The notes under the pieces are model-generated. The model made no database searches. It was not told where the DNA came from and worked only from the letters and a program-made list of their open reading frames with translations. The position numbers were made by a program, and so were the translations under genes. Shown in pieces: positions 17,932 through 27,568 of a stretch of 64,000 nt of DNA; the first letter of the stretch is position 1; each line of letters opens with the position of its first letter. Source of the stretch: Myxococcales bacterium (lineage in GTDB: Bacteria; Lernaellota; Lernaellaia; Lernaellales; Lernaellaceae); contig JAAYVF010000085.1 of NCBI GenBank assembly GCA_012517325.1, forward strand, positions 75,673 to 139,672. Direction: 5' to 3'.

Positions 17932-19158
17932 ATGAGGCATGGCTTTATTCGTAAATTACTAATCTTTTTGATCACTCTCGTAGTGTTCAAAGCCTTGCCG
18001 ATTCACGCCCAAGTGGCAGAGACGGATGGTATTCGTTTCGGCGCGTTCTCGATCCACCCGTCGTTGTTCACCGCGATGCGGTACAACGACAACGTGTATT
18101 TCGTGCCGAACAATTACCGGCCCGAGAACGATCGCTCGATCCCGCAAAGCATCGAAAGCGATCTGGTCTTCAACGTCGTACCGGCCGTCCATTTCGATAT
18201 CACCGTGCCCACTTTCAAAACGCGAGTCGGTTACCGCTTCTATAACGACACCTACCTGGGAATGGACGACCCCGACAATCGTCACGACGATCTCAACGCC
18301 AGCAACCATTATTTCAACGGGCTGCTCGATTACAACGCCCCCTTCGGTTTGATGATCGGCGGACAAGACGAGTACGCCATCCTGCAAACCTACGAAGAGA
18401 CCGAGCAGTTTCTCGATTACATGCGCGGCGACCAGACCCACAACGACGCGCGCGGTTGGTTGGGCTTCAAGCACGGGCCGTACGACAACCTGTACTTCAA
18501 AGCCACCTACATCAACCTGATCGACAAATACAAGACGTATCCCGATTACGACAAAATGGGCCAGTACGCCGACGGCGAACTGCGGCTGAAGTTCTTCCCG
18601 CTGACCGCGTGGATCCTGCAAGGCGGCTACGGCCTGATCGACTACGAACGCATCCAGGCCTTCGATTCCAATACCTGGTACGCCATGACCGGCCTGCAGG
18701 GCCAGATCACGACCCACCTGCTGGTGGTCGCCAAGGGCGGCTGGCAGATGGCCGATTACCAGGAAAACGCGGATTTTTCGGGATATCTGGCGGATGCCGA
18801 ATTGACGGCGCTGTTCACCCCGGTGACCCAGTGGACGGTCGGTTATCGCCATCTGTTCCGCGACGCCGCCGACACCAACTATTACACGACGCACGAAGGA
18901 TTCACCCGTTTCAGCTGGTTGTACGGCTCGCGACTGAACACCACGTTTTACGGCAGCTATCAGTACAACGATTTTTCCGAGCCCCTGGATCGTCATGAGG
19001 ATTTCATTCAGGCGGAATTCGATTTGACGTACCGGTTCGTCTACTGGCTCTACATGGGCGGTGGTTACCGGTTGGAATACCGGATCTTCGACGACGGCGA
19101 GGTCCACGAGACGACCACGCGCAACATCGGAACCATTCATTTGCAAGCTCTGTTCTAG
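17932..19158 (+). CDS. Predicted outer-membrane beta-barrel protein leading the polysaccharide-export locus
   Basis: Signal peptide, alternating aromatic/hydrophilic beta-strand patterning, high Y/F/W/D/N content, C-terminal ...LQALF with terminal Phe. Confidence 0.6.
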   Translation: MRHGFIRKLLIFLITLVVFKALPIHAQVAETDGIRFGAFSIHPSLFTAMRYNDNVYFVPNNYRPENDRSIPQSIESDLVFNVVPAVHFDITVPTFKTRVGYRFYNDTYLGMDDPDNRHDDLNASNHYFNGLLDYNAPFGLMIGGQDEYAILQTYEETEQFLDYMRGDQTHNDARGWLGFKHGPYDNLYFKATYINLIDKYKTYPDYDKMGQYADGELRLKFFPLTAWILQGGYGLIDYERIQAFDSNTWYAMTGLQGQITTHLLVVAKGGWQMADYQENADFSGYLADAELTALFTPVTQWTVGYRHLFRDAADTNYYTTHEGFTRFSWLYGSRLNTTFYGSYQYNDFSEPLDRHEDFIQAEFDLTYRFVYWLYMGGGYRLEYRIFDDGEVHETTTRNIGTIHLQALF

Positions 19159-19165
19159 GCTGCCG

Positions 19166-20044
19166 ATGAGAGCGTTACGACTGGCGTTGATCCTAAGCCT
19201 GCTGAGCGCCGCCGTCTGGGCGGCCGAAACCGATTCGTATGTGATCGGCGACGGCGATATCCTCCACATTCTCGTCTACGACGAACCCGATCTCGAACGC
19301 ACGGTCACCGTTCAGCCCGACGGCCTGATCCGGTTTCCGCTGGTTCGTCAACTGCAGGTCGGCGGCCTGAGCGTCCAGGAAGCCGAGCAGCGCCTGGAAG
19401 AGGCACTGGGGCAAAAATACCTCAATGATCCGCAAGTGACGATCACGGTGAAGGAATTCCATTCCAAAAAAGTCTACGTGCTCGGCGCGGTGAAAAATCC
19501 GGGCCTTTATTCGCTGACCGGACCCAGTACGGTGCTGGAAGTGATCTCCAAGGCCGGCGGCACGACCGACAACGGCGACCGCCAGATCCTCTTGGTGCGC
19601 GGCGACAAGCAGAAGCAGGCCGAGGTGAAAAAATTCCTCGAGGAAAAAGGCGCCACCGACGCCGAAGCCATGCGGGAAGCCGGTTTGCAGCCGCCGATCG
19701 TCATCGACGGGCACAAGCTGTTCGACCTGGGCGATACCTCGCAGAATCAGGTGTTGCAGGACGGCGACGTCATTTACGTGCCGCAACTGACCAAGGTCTA
19801 CGTCCTGGGCGAGGTCAAACGCACCGGCAGCATTCCCTACACCGAGGGTCTGACGCTGGTGCAGGCCGTCACTCTGGCGGGCGGGGTCACGGAGATGGCC
19901 AGCAACACCATTTACGTGACGCGCAAGGTCAACGGCAAGGAAGTGCGCATCAAGGCGAAATTCTCCGCCATCCTCGGCGATACCAGCAAGGATATCCTGT
20001 TGCAACCGGCCGACGTGATCGTCGTGAAACGGCGCATTCTGTAG
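19166..20044 (+). CDS. Wza-like polysaccharide export protein (Poly_export + SLBB domains)
   Basis: Signal peptide. IGDGDILHILVYDEPDLERTVTVQPDGLIRFPLVRQLQVGGLSVQEAEQRL matches the Poly_export domain. Two SLBB-like repeats (VYVLGAVKNPG...; VYVLGEVKRTG...). Confidence 0.85.
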   Translation: MRALRLALILSLLSAAVWAAETDSYVIGDGDILHILVYDEPDLERTVTVQPDGLIRFPLVRQLQVGGLSVQEAEQRLEEALGQKYLNDPQVTITVKEFHSKKVYVLGAVKNPGLYSLTGPSTVLEVISKAGGTTDNGDRQILLVRGDKQKQAEVKKFLEEKGATDAEAMREAGLQPPIVIDGHKLFDLGDTSQNQVLQDGDVIYVPQLTKVYVLGEVKRTGSIPYTEGLTLVQAVTLAGGVTEMASNTIYVTRKVNGKEVRIKAKFSAILGDTSKDILLQPADVIVVKRRIL

Positions 20045-20056
20045 GAGAAACGGCGC

Positions 20057-22261
20057 GTGAGCGAATTCGAAAGCAGCTCATTCAATCTGTCCGAAATCGG
20101 CAAAATCCTCTACAAGCGCCGCTGGACGATCGCCGTCTTTTTCCTGGTCGTGACCACGTTCGTCACCCTGGCGACGATGCTGCAAAAAGACGTTTATCTC
20201 GCCACGGCGGTGATCCGCATCGAGTCCGAGGCGCCCAACATCGTCGGCTTCAAAGAAGTGGTGGCGCTGGGCGCCCAGAATTACTGGGCTTCGAAGGAAT
20301 ACTACGAGACGCAGTTCCGCATCATCAAAAGCCGCCCGATTCTCGAACAGGTCATTCAGAAAATGCGTCTAGACGAGAATCCGCCGTTCGCCGGCGCCAG
20401 CGATCCGCCCGAATTGCTGGCCGGCATGGTCAGCGTCAACCCGATTAAAAACAGCCAATTGGTCGAAATCGGCGTCGAGTATTACGACATGAATACCGCC
20501 GTCGAGATCTGCAACATGCTGGTCAAGGTTTACCGCGATCAAAACCTGGCGACCAAGATCGACGCCACCCGTGAGGCGTTGGAGTGGTTGAAAAAGGAAC
20601 GGTCGGGCCGCGCCAACTCGGTCAAGGAAGCCGAGCAGGGGCTCCACCAGTTTCTGGTCGACCACAACATCGTTTCGTTCGAGGAGCGCCAGAACGTGGT
20701 GGCCAAGCGCGTCCAGGATTTGTCCGACGCGTTGACCGAGGCCAAGCGCGCCCGCATCGCCAGCGAGGTCGCCTACAACGAGGCGACCCAACTGAAAAAA
20801 CAGGGCAACGCCCTGGCGATTCCCGAGGTGTTGGACAACAAGCTCATCCAGAACTTGAAGGAAGAGCTGGTGCTGCTCGAAAAAGAAAAGAGCAAGCTGG
20901 CCGCCAAGTGGAAGCCCGATCACCCCGGCATGCAGAAGGTGCAGGGGCAGATCAACGAATTGCAGGACCAGATCGGCAAGGAAATCGATCATCTGATCGA
21001 GGGATTGCGCGCCACCTACACGATGGACCAGTCGCGCGAGAACAAATTGGATTCCGAACTGGAACAGACCAAAAAAGAAGCGCTCGATCTGTCGGACCTC
21101 GAAATCCAGTATCGGGTCAAGAAGCGTGAAGCCGAATCCGAAGGCATGCTCTTCGATGAAATCCAGAAGCGGCAGAAAGAAACCGAAATCAACAAATCGC
21201 TGCCCGACATCACCAACAACGTGCGGATCATCGAGGAAGCCATCGCCCCCGAGCATCCCTCGCCGATCCGGCCGCGCCGGAAACTCAGCATCATCCTGGG
21301 CGCCGTGCTCGGTTTGCTCGGCGGCATCGGGCTCACCTTCTTCCTCGAATACCTCGATACCACCATCAAGAGCGCCGACGACCTCGAACGCAACGTCAAG
21401 GCGCCGTTCCTCGGCATCATTCCCAGCTTCACCACCGACGAGGAGGCCGTCCCCGACGAACTCTTCACGCACCGCTATCCGAAGAGTTCCATCACCGAAA
21501 GTTGCCGGTCCATCCGCACTAATATCAGCTTTTCCTCGGCCGGCAAGCAACTGAAGCGCCTGCTGGTCACCTCGGCCGGCCCGCAGGAAGGCAAATCCAC
21601 CGCCGTGATCAACATGGGCATCATTTTCGCCCAGGGCGGCAAGCGCGTGTTGATCGTCGACTCCGACTTGCGGCGGCCCCGCCTGCACCGCGCGTTCAAG
21701 GTGTCGCGGAAAAAGGGCCTGACCAACGTGATCATGGGCGAGGCGTCGCTCGCCGACGTGATCATCCCCACCGAGGTGCCGGGCGTCAGCCTCATCCCGT
21801 GCGGCCCGATTCCGCCCAACCCCTCCGAGCTTCTCGGCACCGAACGCATGCGCCAGATCAGCAACGACATGGCCGACATGTTCGACCTGGTGCTGTTCGA
21901 TTCGCCGCCGGTCGTCGCGGTCACCGACGCCGTCGTCATGTCCAAAATCGTCGACGGCGTGGTGCTCATCGCCAAGGCCGGCAAGACCACGAGCGAAATC
22001 GTCCGCAAGGCGTCGCGGCAACTCGAGGACGTGCAGGCGCACATCCTCGGCACGGTCATCAACGACTTCAATATCCGCAGCGCCGGCTACCGCTATTACT
22101 ACTATTACTACCACTACCGCTCGCGCGAGGGTGACGAGTCCGGCGGCACGGACAAGGTGGTGCGCAAGCGCGTCAAACGCCGTCACGGCGAGCATCACAG
22201 CGGCGAACATCGCGGCAGCGAATCCTCCGGCGGCGAATCCGGGGGCGAGGGCCAGGCATGA
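20057..22261 (+). CDS. Wzc-like polysaccharide co-polymerase / BY-type tyrosine autokinase
   Basis: Two TM segments flanking a long coiled-coil periplasmic domain. Walker A GPQEGKSTAV, Walker B VLFDSPP, C-terminal tyrosine cluster YRYYYYYYHY. GTG start. Confidence 0.85.
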   Translation: MSEFESSSFNLSEIGKILYKRRWTIAVFFLVVTTFVTLATMLQKDVYLATAVIRIESEAPNIVGFKEVVALGAQNYWASKEYYETQFRIIKSRPILEQVIQKMRLDENPPFAGASDPPELLAGMVSVNPIKNSQLVEIGVEYYDMNTAVEICNMLVKVYRDQNLATKIDATREALEWLKKERSGRANSVKEAEQGLHQFLVDHNIVSFEERQNVVAKRVQDLSDALTEAKRARIASEVAYNEATQLKKQGNALAIPEVLDNKLIQNLKEELVLLEKEKSKLAAKWKPDHPGMQKVQGQINELQDQIGKEIDHLIEGLRATYTMDQSRENKLDSELEQTKKEALDLSDLEIQYRVKKREAESEGMLFDEIQKRQKETEINKSLPDITNNVRIIEEAIAPEHPSPIRPRRKLSIILGAVLGLLGGIGLTFFLEYLDTTIKSADDLERNVKAPFLGIIPSFTTDEEAVPDELFTHRYPKSSITESCRSIRTNISFSSAGKQLKRLLVTSAGPQEGKSTAVINMGIIFAQGGKRVLIVDSDLRRPRLHRAFKVSRKKGLTNVIMGEASLADVIIPTEVPGVSLIPCGPIPPNPSELLGTERMRQISNDMADMFDLVLFDSPPVVAVTDAVVMSKIVDGVVLIAKAGKTTSEIVRKASRQLEDVQAHILGTVINDFNIRSAGYRYYYYYYHYRSREGDESGGTDKVVRKRVKRRHGEHHSGEHRGSESSGGESGGEGQA

Positions 22262-23184
22262 TTCTGGTTACGGGAGGCGCGGGTTTCATCGGCTCGCATC
22301 TGGTGCGCGGTTTGCTCGCGCGCGGCGAGCGCGTCCGTATTTTAGACAATCTTTCTTCCGGCAAGCGGGCCAACATCGCGGGCCTGGACGTCGAGTTCGA
22401 GCCGGCCGATCTGCGCGACGAGGCGGCGGTCGCGGCGGCGGTCCGCGGGGTGGATGCCGTGTATCACCTGGCGGCGGTCGTCAGCGTGCCGCAGACGGTG
22501 GCCGATCCGGCGACCAGCCACGACGTCAACGTGACGGGCACCTATCGCCTGCTCGAAAACGCCCGGCTGGCCGGGGTGCGGCGGTTCATTTTCTCGTCCA
22601 GCGCCGCCGTTTACGGCGACGAGCCGTCGCTGCCGAAGCGCGAAACTTCGCCGCTGGCGCCGCGCAGCCCGTACGCGCTGCACAAATTGATCGGCGAACA
22701 GTATTTGAAACTCTATGCCGACCTCTACGGCATGGACACCATGAGCTTCCGTTACTTCAACGTGTTCGGCCCGCGCCAGGATCCGCTGGGTGCCTATGCG
22801 GCGGCGATTCCGAAGTTCGTCGAAGCCATGGCCGCCGGCGTTTCGCCGACGATCTTCGGCGACGGCCGCCAGACGCGCGATTTCGTCTTCGTGGAAGACG
22901 TGGTCGCCGCCAACCTTGCCGCGCTCAAGGCCGAACGGCCGGCCGGCCGGGTGATCAACGTCGCCGGCGGCAGGCGCATCGATTTGTTGGAGTTGCTTGG
23001 CGCGCTGGAAACGGTGTTTCAACGCGAAGCCAAGCCGGTTTTCGCCGCGCCCCGGCCCGGCGACGTGCGCCACAGCGTGGCGGCGACCGACGAGGCGGCG
23101 GCCTACCTGGGTTTTCACCCCCGGACCTCGCTTACCGAAGGCCTGGCGCAAACCGTGCGGTGGATGCTCCAGAGCGGAGGATGA
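22258..23184 (+). CDS. NAD-dependent sugar epimerase/dehydratase (SDR family, UDP-hexose 4-epimerase-like)
   Basis: VTGGAGFIGSHL Rossmann motif, catalytic YxxxK (YALHKLIGEQY). ATGA overlap with wzc. Confidence 0.85.
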   Translation: MILVTGGAGFIGSHLVRGLLARGERVRILDNLSSGKRANIAGLDVEFEPADLRDEAAVAAAVRGVDAVYHLAAVVSVPQTVADPATSHDVNVTGTYRLLENARLAGVRRFIFSSSAAVYGDEPSLPKRETSPLAPRSPYALHKLIGEQYLKLYADLYGMDTMSFRYFNVFGPRQDPLGAYAAAIPKFVEAMAAGVSPTIFGDGRQTRDFVFVEDVVAANLAALKAERPAGRVINVAGGRRIDLLELLGALETVFQREAKPVFAAPRPGDVRHSVAATDEAAAYLGFHPRTSLTEGLAQTVRWMLQSGG

Positions 23185-23191
23185 GCGTTTT

Positions 23192-24562
23192 ATGGGCCAG
23201 CATGAACGCGATCGGACTTTCTCAGCGATCCTCGAATCGCTGGTCGCGGCGATCGTCGTTCTGTCGGTTGTGCTCTTCGGCGGCAAAGGCCAGCTCTATT
23301 CCAGCCTGCTGAATCTGCTGGGTTTGTTGTTGCTGGGTTTGACGGTGACTCTGCGCCGGCGGCGCGGCGAGCCGCGGCCCGTCTCGCGCCAGCGGCACGT
23401 CTACCAAGAACCGTGGGCCGCGTACGGCCTGCTGGTCGCCTTTCTGCTCGTGCAACTCGCGCAACTGGTTCCGTTGCCGAGCCTGGCGGTGCGCCTGCTG
23501 GCCGGTTGGCGGCCGGACGGCTATTTCGCCCGGTTGACCCCGTATCCCGAGGCCACGATCCGGTCGTTTCTTTCCTGGATTCCGCCGTTCGCGGTGTTTG
23601 CGGCCATCACCGCTCTCTACCACACGCGTCATGAAGTGCGGCGGCTCACGATCGGCCTGTTCCTGCTCGCCGCCGCCGTTTCGCTCTACGGCATCGTTGA
23701 GACGATCAGCGGCCGCGAAGCCATCTGGACGGTGGCGAAACTGGCCTATCGCGGCAGCGTCACCGGCACGTTCATCAATCGCAACAATTTCGCCGCTTTC
23801 GCGGCGCTGGGCCTGGGCGCGGGCCTGGGGCTGATCTTTTACCGCTTGTGGAAGACGGGCGGCACGCCGAGGCAGGAAGGCGGGATCGAGCGGCTGGTGC
23901 TGCTGGTTTTTACGGGCGTGATCTGCCTGCTGGGCATTTTGTTGTCCCGCAGCCGCGGCGGCTTGGCCGGGCTGGTCCTGGCCGGCTTGCCGGTGGCCTG
24001 GTGGCTCGTCGGCCGGCGCTATCACAAGGCGTTCACCCTGCTCGCGGCCGTGATGGTCGTGGTGACGATCGGCATGGGGTTGTGGATCAGCCAGGAACCG
24101 TTGACGCAGCGGTTCAACACCTTGCCGGAAGAGGCGGGGGCGACAGATTCGCGGCCGGCCGCCTGGTGGACGAGCTTGCGGATCGCCGCGCGTGGGCCGC
24201 TGCTGGGCGTCGGGGCCGGCACGTTCGTCGACCAATTCCGCGTGACGCCCGAGACGGGCGTCTTGGTGCGTTACAATCACGCGCATTCCGATCCGCTGGA
24301 GTTTCTGGCGGAAACGGGGTTGATCGGGTTTCTGGCGTTTTACGGCGGGATTTTCTGGACGATGTGGGCGGCGTGGCGCGCGCTGAGCCTGCGCCACAGC
24401 CGTTTTTCCCGGGCGCTGACGATCGGCGCGCTGACCGGTCTGACGGCGGTCTTGTTTCACGGGCTGTACGATTTTCCGCTCCAGATTCCGGGCGTCCGCA
24501 TCCCGTTTTTCGCCCTGCTCGGCGTGGCTTACGTGGCCGCCAACCGGAGGTTGACGCGATGA
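23192..24562 (+). CDS. O-antigen ligase / Wzy_C-family polytopic membrane protein (paralog 1)
   Basis: About 12 predicted TMs. SRSRGGLAGL and large periplasmic loop with the NHAHSDPLEFLAETG motif typical of Wzy_C. Start trimmed from the 22997 ORF to the ATG at 23192. Confidence 0.7.
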   Translation: MGQHERDRTFSAILESLVAAIVVLSVVLFGGKGQLYSSLLNLLGLLLLGLTVTLRRRRGEPRPVSRQRHVYQEPWAAYGLLVAFLLVQLAQLVPLPSLAVRLLAGWRPDGYFARLTPYPEATIRSFLSWIPPFAVFAAITALYHTRHEVRRLTIGLFLLAAAVSLYGIVETISGREAIWTVAKLAYRGSVTGTFINRNNFAAFAALGLGAGLGLIFYRLWKTGGTPRQEGGIERLVLLVFTGVICLLGILLSRSRGGLAGLVLAGLPVAWWLVGRRYHKAFTLLAAVMVVVTIGMGLWISQEPLTQRFNTLPEEAGATDSRPAAWWTSLRIAARGPLLGVGAGTFVDQFRVTPETGVLVRYNHAHSDPLEFLAETGLIGFLAFYGGIFWTMWAAWRALSLRHSRFSRALTIGALTGLTAVLFHGLYDFPLQIPGVRIPFFALLGVAYVAANRRLTR

Positions 24563-25923
24563 GCCGGTCGCCGAACCGATCGCTTTTGTTAACGACGATT
24601 TGGAGCCTGCTCCTGGCGGTGCTGTTCGGGAAAGCTGGCGCCGTCTTTCTCTCGAGCGTGCCCGCGCACGAATTGACCATGGAACGGCGGATGTTGCGCG
24701 AAGCCGGCAAAACGCCGTCCCCCGAGCATTTGATCCACGAATGGTCCAGCCTCTCGCGCGCGCTGTACTGGTCGCCGGGCGATGCCGATTTGTGGTTCCA
24801 ACTGGGCCGCAATCTGCACCGCGTCGCCTTGGCGGATGTCCCGGTTCCCAAGAGTTACCTCGGCGAGATCGGCGCTTTCCTTTCGTTGCCCGCGCCGCAA
24901 CAGCCGGGCGATCAGCGCGAACTGCTGCTGACCGGCGCGATCGCGGCCTACGACCGGGCCGTCGCGGCCAACCAATTGGTGTCGGGCGCGCGCTTCTGGC
25001 GATTGGCGGCGCGGGACGCGATCGCCGCCGACAAACCCGAACCATGGGAAAACGACCTCAAACCGGCGGTGCAAAAGGCGCTGGAGTTCGATCCGAACGA
25101 TCCGGCGGCCTGGCGCGCGGCCGGTGAAATGGCGCTCCGGCACGACGATCCGGATGCCGCGGTGCTCTGGCTCAAAGGGTCGCTGACCGTGAAATTGGAC
25201 GGCCTGGAGCGGGTCGCCGAAACCCTGCTGACCCTACCCGAGGGCAGTCGGCGTTTCGGCGAGGTCATCCCGGAAAAGGCGGAAGCCTGGAAGCGGCTGG
25301 CGCGCTATCTGTTCACGCAATGGCGGGTGCCTTCGGCGGTCGAGGCGTTCGACCATGCCATGCGTCTGGCCGGCACGACCGCGATCCGGCCGCCGGAAGG
25401 GGAAGCGGTTTCCGACGGCGATTTCGCGGACGATTCCGAACGCCTGCTGCATCCCTGGCGCATCGAGGCCGCACGCGGCGTGAAAACGATCCGCCGGGTG
25501 GAACAGCGCCAGCTCGAGGTGGTCTTTCAACGGGGACCGGCCAATTGGTACCATGTCTGGCAAGAAGTGGCGGTCGAGCCGGGACGGAACTATCGGTTGT
25601 CGGCCTCTTTGCAGGTCGACGGTTTTTCCCCCGATGAAACGTTCGGGGTGGAAGCGGTGCATCCCTACGAGATTTCACTGTTCGCCGCCAACGCGCGGTG
25701 TTACGCCGCCGCCGGCCCCTCGTACCGCCAGCCGTTGCCGGTGAGCGACGGCCGTTTTGTCACCGTCGAAACGACGTTCCGGGCGCCGGACGGTGTACGG
25801 GTGCTGATCGTCCGGCCGCGACGATTCGGCGGCGACGAAAAAGCGAGCGGCACGCTCCGCATCCGCGCCGTGTCCCTACGGCAGACGGCCGAGCCGGAGG
25901 ATTCCGCCGTTGACCCGAGTTAG
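24559..25923 (+). CDS. Membrane-anchored hypothetical protein with TPR-like helical region and C-terminal beta-sandwich (carbohydrate-binding-like) domain
   Basis: N-terminal signal anchor (LLLTTIWSLLLAVLFG). Helical repeats with W/A-rich TPR-like motifs. Beta-rich C-terminus. ATGA overlap with the preceding Wzy_C gene. The 5' part of ORF 23848..25923 overlaps the ligase and was trimmed. Confidence 0.45.
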   Translation: MSRSPNRSLLLTTIWSLLLAVLFGKAGAVFLSSVPAHELTMERRMLREAGKTPSPEHLIHEWSSLSRALYWSPGDADLWFQLGRNLHRVALADVPVPKSYLGEIGAFLSLPAPQQPGDQRELLLTGAIAAYDRAVAANQLVSGARFWRLAARDAIAADKPEPWENDLKPAVQKALEFDPNDPAAWRAAGEMALRHDDPDAAVLWLKGSLTVKLDGLERVAETLLTLPEGSRRFGEVIPEKAEAWKRLARYLFTQWRVPSAVEAFDHAMRLAGTTAIRPPEGEAVSDGDFADDSERLLHPWRIEAARGVKTIRRVEQRQLEVVFQRGPANWYHVWQEVAVEPGRNYRLSASLQVDGFSPDETFGVEAVHPYEISLFAANARCYAAAGPSYRQPLPVSDGRFVTVETTFRAPDGVRVLIVRPRRFGGDEKASGTLRIRAVSLRQTAEPEDSAVDPS

Positions 25924-27568
25924 CGTCGTCATCCGCACCTACAACGAAGCGGCGCACATCGAGGCGACGTTGCGCGCCGTCCTGGAGCAGCGCGAGGTCG
26001 AGCCCGAGGTCATCGTCGTCGATTCGGAAAGCACCGACCGGACGCGGGAGCTGGTCGCGGCGTTTCCCGTTCGGTTGATCGTCATCCCGAAAAAAACCTT
26101 TTCTTACGGCCGCGCCCTGAACGCGGGCTTCGCGGCGGCGACCGCTCCCTTCGTCACCAGCCTTTCGGCCCACGCCTTGCCGTTCGACCGGCACTGGCTG
26201 CGCAATCTGGTGCGGCCCCTGGCCGATCCCCTGGTCGACGGCGTGGTCGGCAAGACGCTGCCGCACCCGGATTGCAACCCGTTCGACCGTCGCGGACTGT
26301 TGCGGCAATACGGCGTCGTTTCGGGTTACCTGTGCGACGGGCGGATTCCCGGCTTTTCCAACGCCAACAGCGCCGTTCGGCGCGCCGCCTGGGAAGTCGA
26401 GCCGTTCGACGAGACGCTGCCGTATTCCGAGGACGTGCGCTGGGCCCGGCGGCGGCAGGGGCTGGGCCGTTACCTGGTCTACGCAGCGGACGCGGTGGTC
26501 TACCACAGCCACAACGAGACGCCCGCCGAATTGCGCCGGCGTTTTTGGGGTGAAAGCCGCGCCCGCGAAATCCTCGATCCGCACAATCCGCGCTACCGCG
26601 GCACGGCGCTCGCCTGGGACCTGACCGCCGGAACGCTCTACGATTGGTGGACGCTGGCCCGCGAGCGGCTGCCGTGGCATTGGTGGCCCTTCGCCTGGCG
26701 GCGCCGGGCGGCCATCAACGCCGGGCGCTACGCCGGTTCGCGCGGCATCCAATTGTCGGCCGAGGGGCGTCTGTGGCCCAATCTGCTGCGGCGCGCCTGG
26801 TTGCGCCCCCTGCGTTTTCTGGGCTCGCTGGCCGGCCGCCTCGCGCCCTATCTGGTGGTCTGGACCCGCAAACATCCGCGACCGTTGCATCCGAAGCACC
26901 TGCTGGGCGAGCGCGAGGATCATTACTGGTACGCGCCGGAATTGGCGGGCGGCGCCCGCGCGCTCGATGTCGGTTGCAACGTCGGCGCGCACTCGCACTT
27001 CGCCGCGCGGCAGGGTCTGGCGGTCGTCGGCATGGACGTCGATCCGCGGGCGCTGGGCCACGCGCGGTTTCTGCTGGGCTGGGAAAAAATGCGGCGGGCC
27101 CTGGTCGTCCAGGCCGACGCCGACCGGACTTTTCCGCTGGCGGACGCCGTGTTCGACCGCGTACTGGCCTTCGACGTGATCGAGCACATTGCCGACCCCG
27201 TGCATTTGCTGGCCGAAATCCGGCGCGTGCTGACGCCTGACGGCCTGCTCCTGCTGACCGCGCCGAACGCGGAAACGACCTGGAAAAAACGCTACCGCGC
27301 CGCCGGCCTGCCGTTTTTCGCCGACGTTTCGCACCGGGTGGAATACACGCGCGCCGGCATCGAGAAAACCCTGAACGAGGCGGGCTTCGCGGTGCTGCGC
27401 GACGAACCGATCGTCGCCGATACGCCGGCCGCGCCGTGGTACGATCTGCTCGGCGCGATCAGCCTGAAACTTTATGCCCGGCTGGCGGCGAAAAAGCGCC
27501 GGGCGGCCCTGGCCCGGCCCGCGGACAGCACCGGTTTCCGGCTGGTGGCGCGAAAGGTCGGGAAGTGA
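25910..27568 (+). CDS. Bifunctional family-2 glycosyltransferase / class-I SAM-dependent methyltransferase fusion
   Basis: N-terminus VSVVIRTYNEA...VIVVDSESTD (GT2 DXD region). C-terminus has LDVGCNVGAHS SAM-binding motif I and downstream motifs (VLAFDVIEHIADP, LTPDGLLLLTAPN). TTG start. Confidence 0.75.
   Translation: MTRVSVVIRTYNEAAHIEATLRAVLEQREVEPEVIVVDSESTDRTRELVAAFPVRLIVIPKKTFSYGRALNAGFAAATAPFVTSLSAHALPFDRHWLRNLVRPLADPLVDGVVGKTLPHPDCNPFDRRGLLRQYGVVSGYLCDGRIPGFSNANSAVRRAAWEVEPFDETLPYSEDVRWARRRQGLGRYLVYAADAVVYHSHNETPAELRRRFWGESRAREILDPHNPRYRGTALAWDLTAGTLYDWWTLARERLPWHWWPFAWRRRAAINAGRYAGSRGIQLSAEGRLWPNLLRRAWLRPLRFLGSLAGRLAPYLVVWTRKHPRPLHPKHLLGEREDHYWYAPELAGGARALDVGCNVGAHSHFAARQGLAVVGMDVDPRALGHARFLLGWEKMRRALVVQADADRTFPLADAVFDRVLAFDVIEHIADPVHLLAEIRRVLTPDGLLLLTAPNAETTWKKRYRAAGLPFFADVSHRVEYTRAGIEKTLNEAGFAVLRDEPIVADTPAAPWYDLLGAISLKLYARLAAKKRRAALARPADSTGFRLVARKVGK

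Noticed and set aside
22997-25923. 5' extensions of ORFs 22997..24562 and 23848..25923 into upstream genes
   Set aside because: The extended parts overlap the epimerase and ligase in other frames and are R/P-rich. Genes were trimmed to ATGs at 23192 and 24559, which give ATGA or short-gap coupling and start with a sensible TM anchor.
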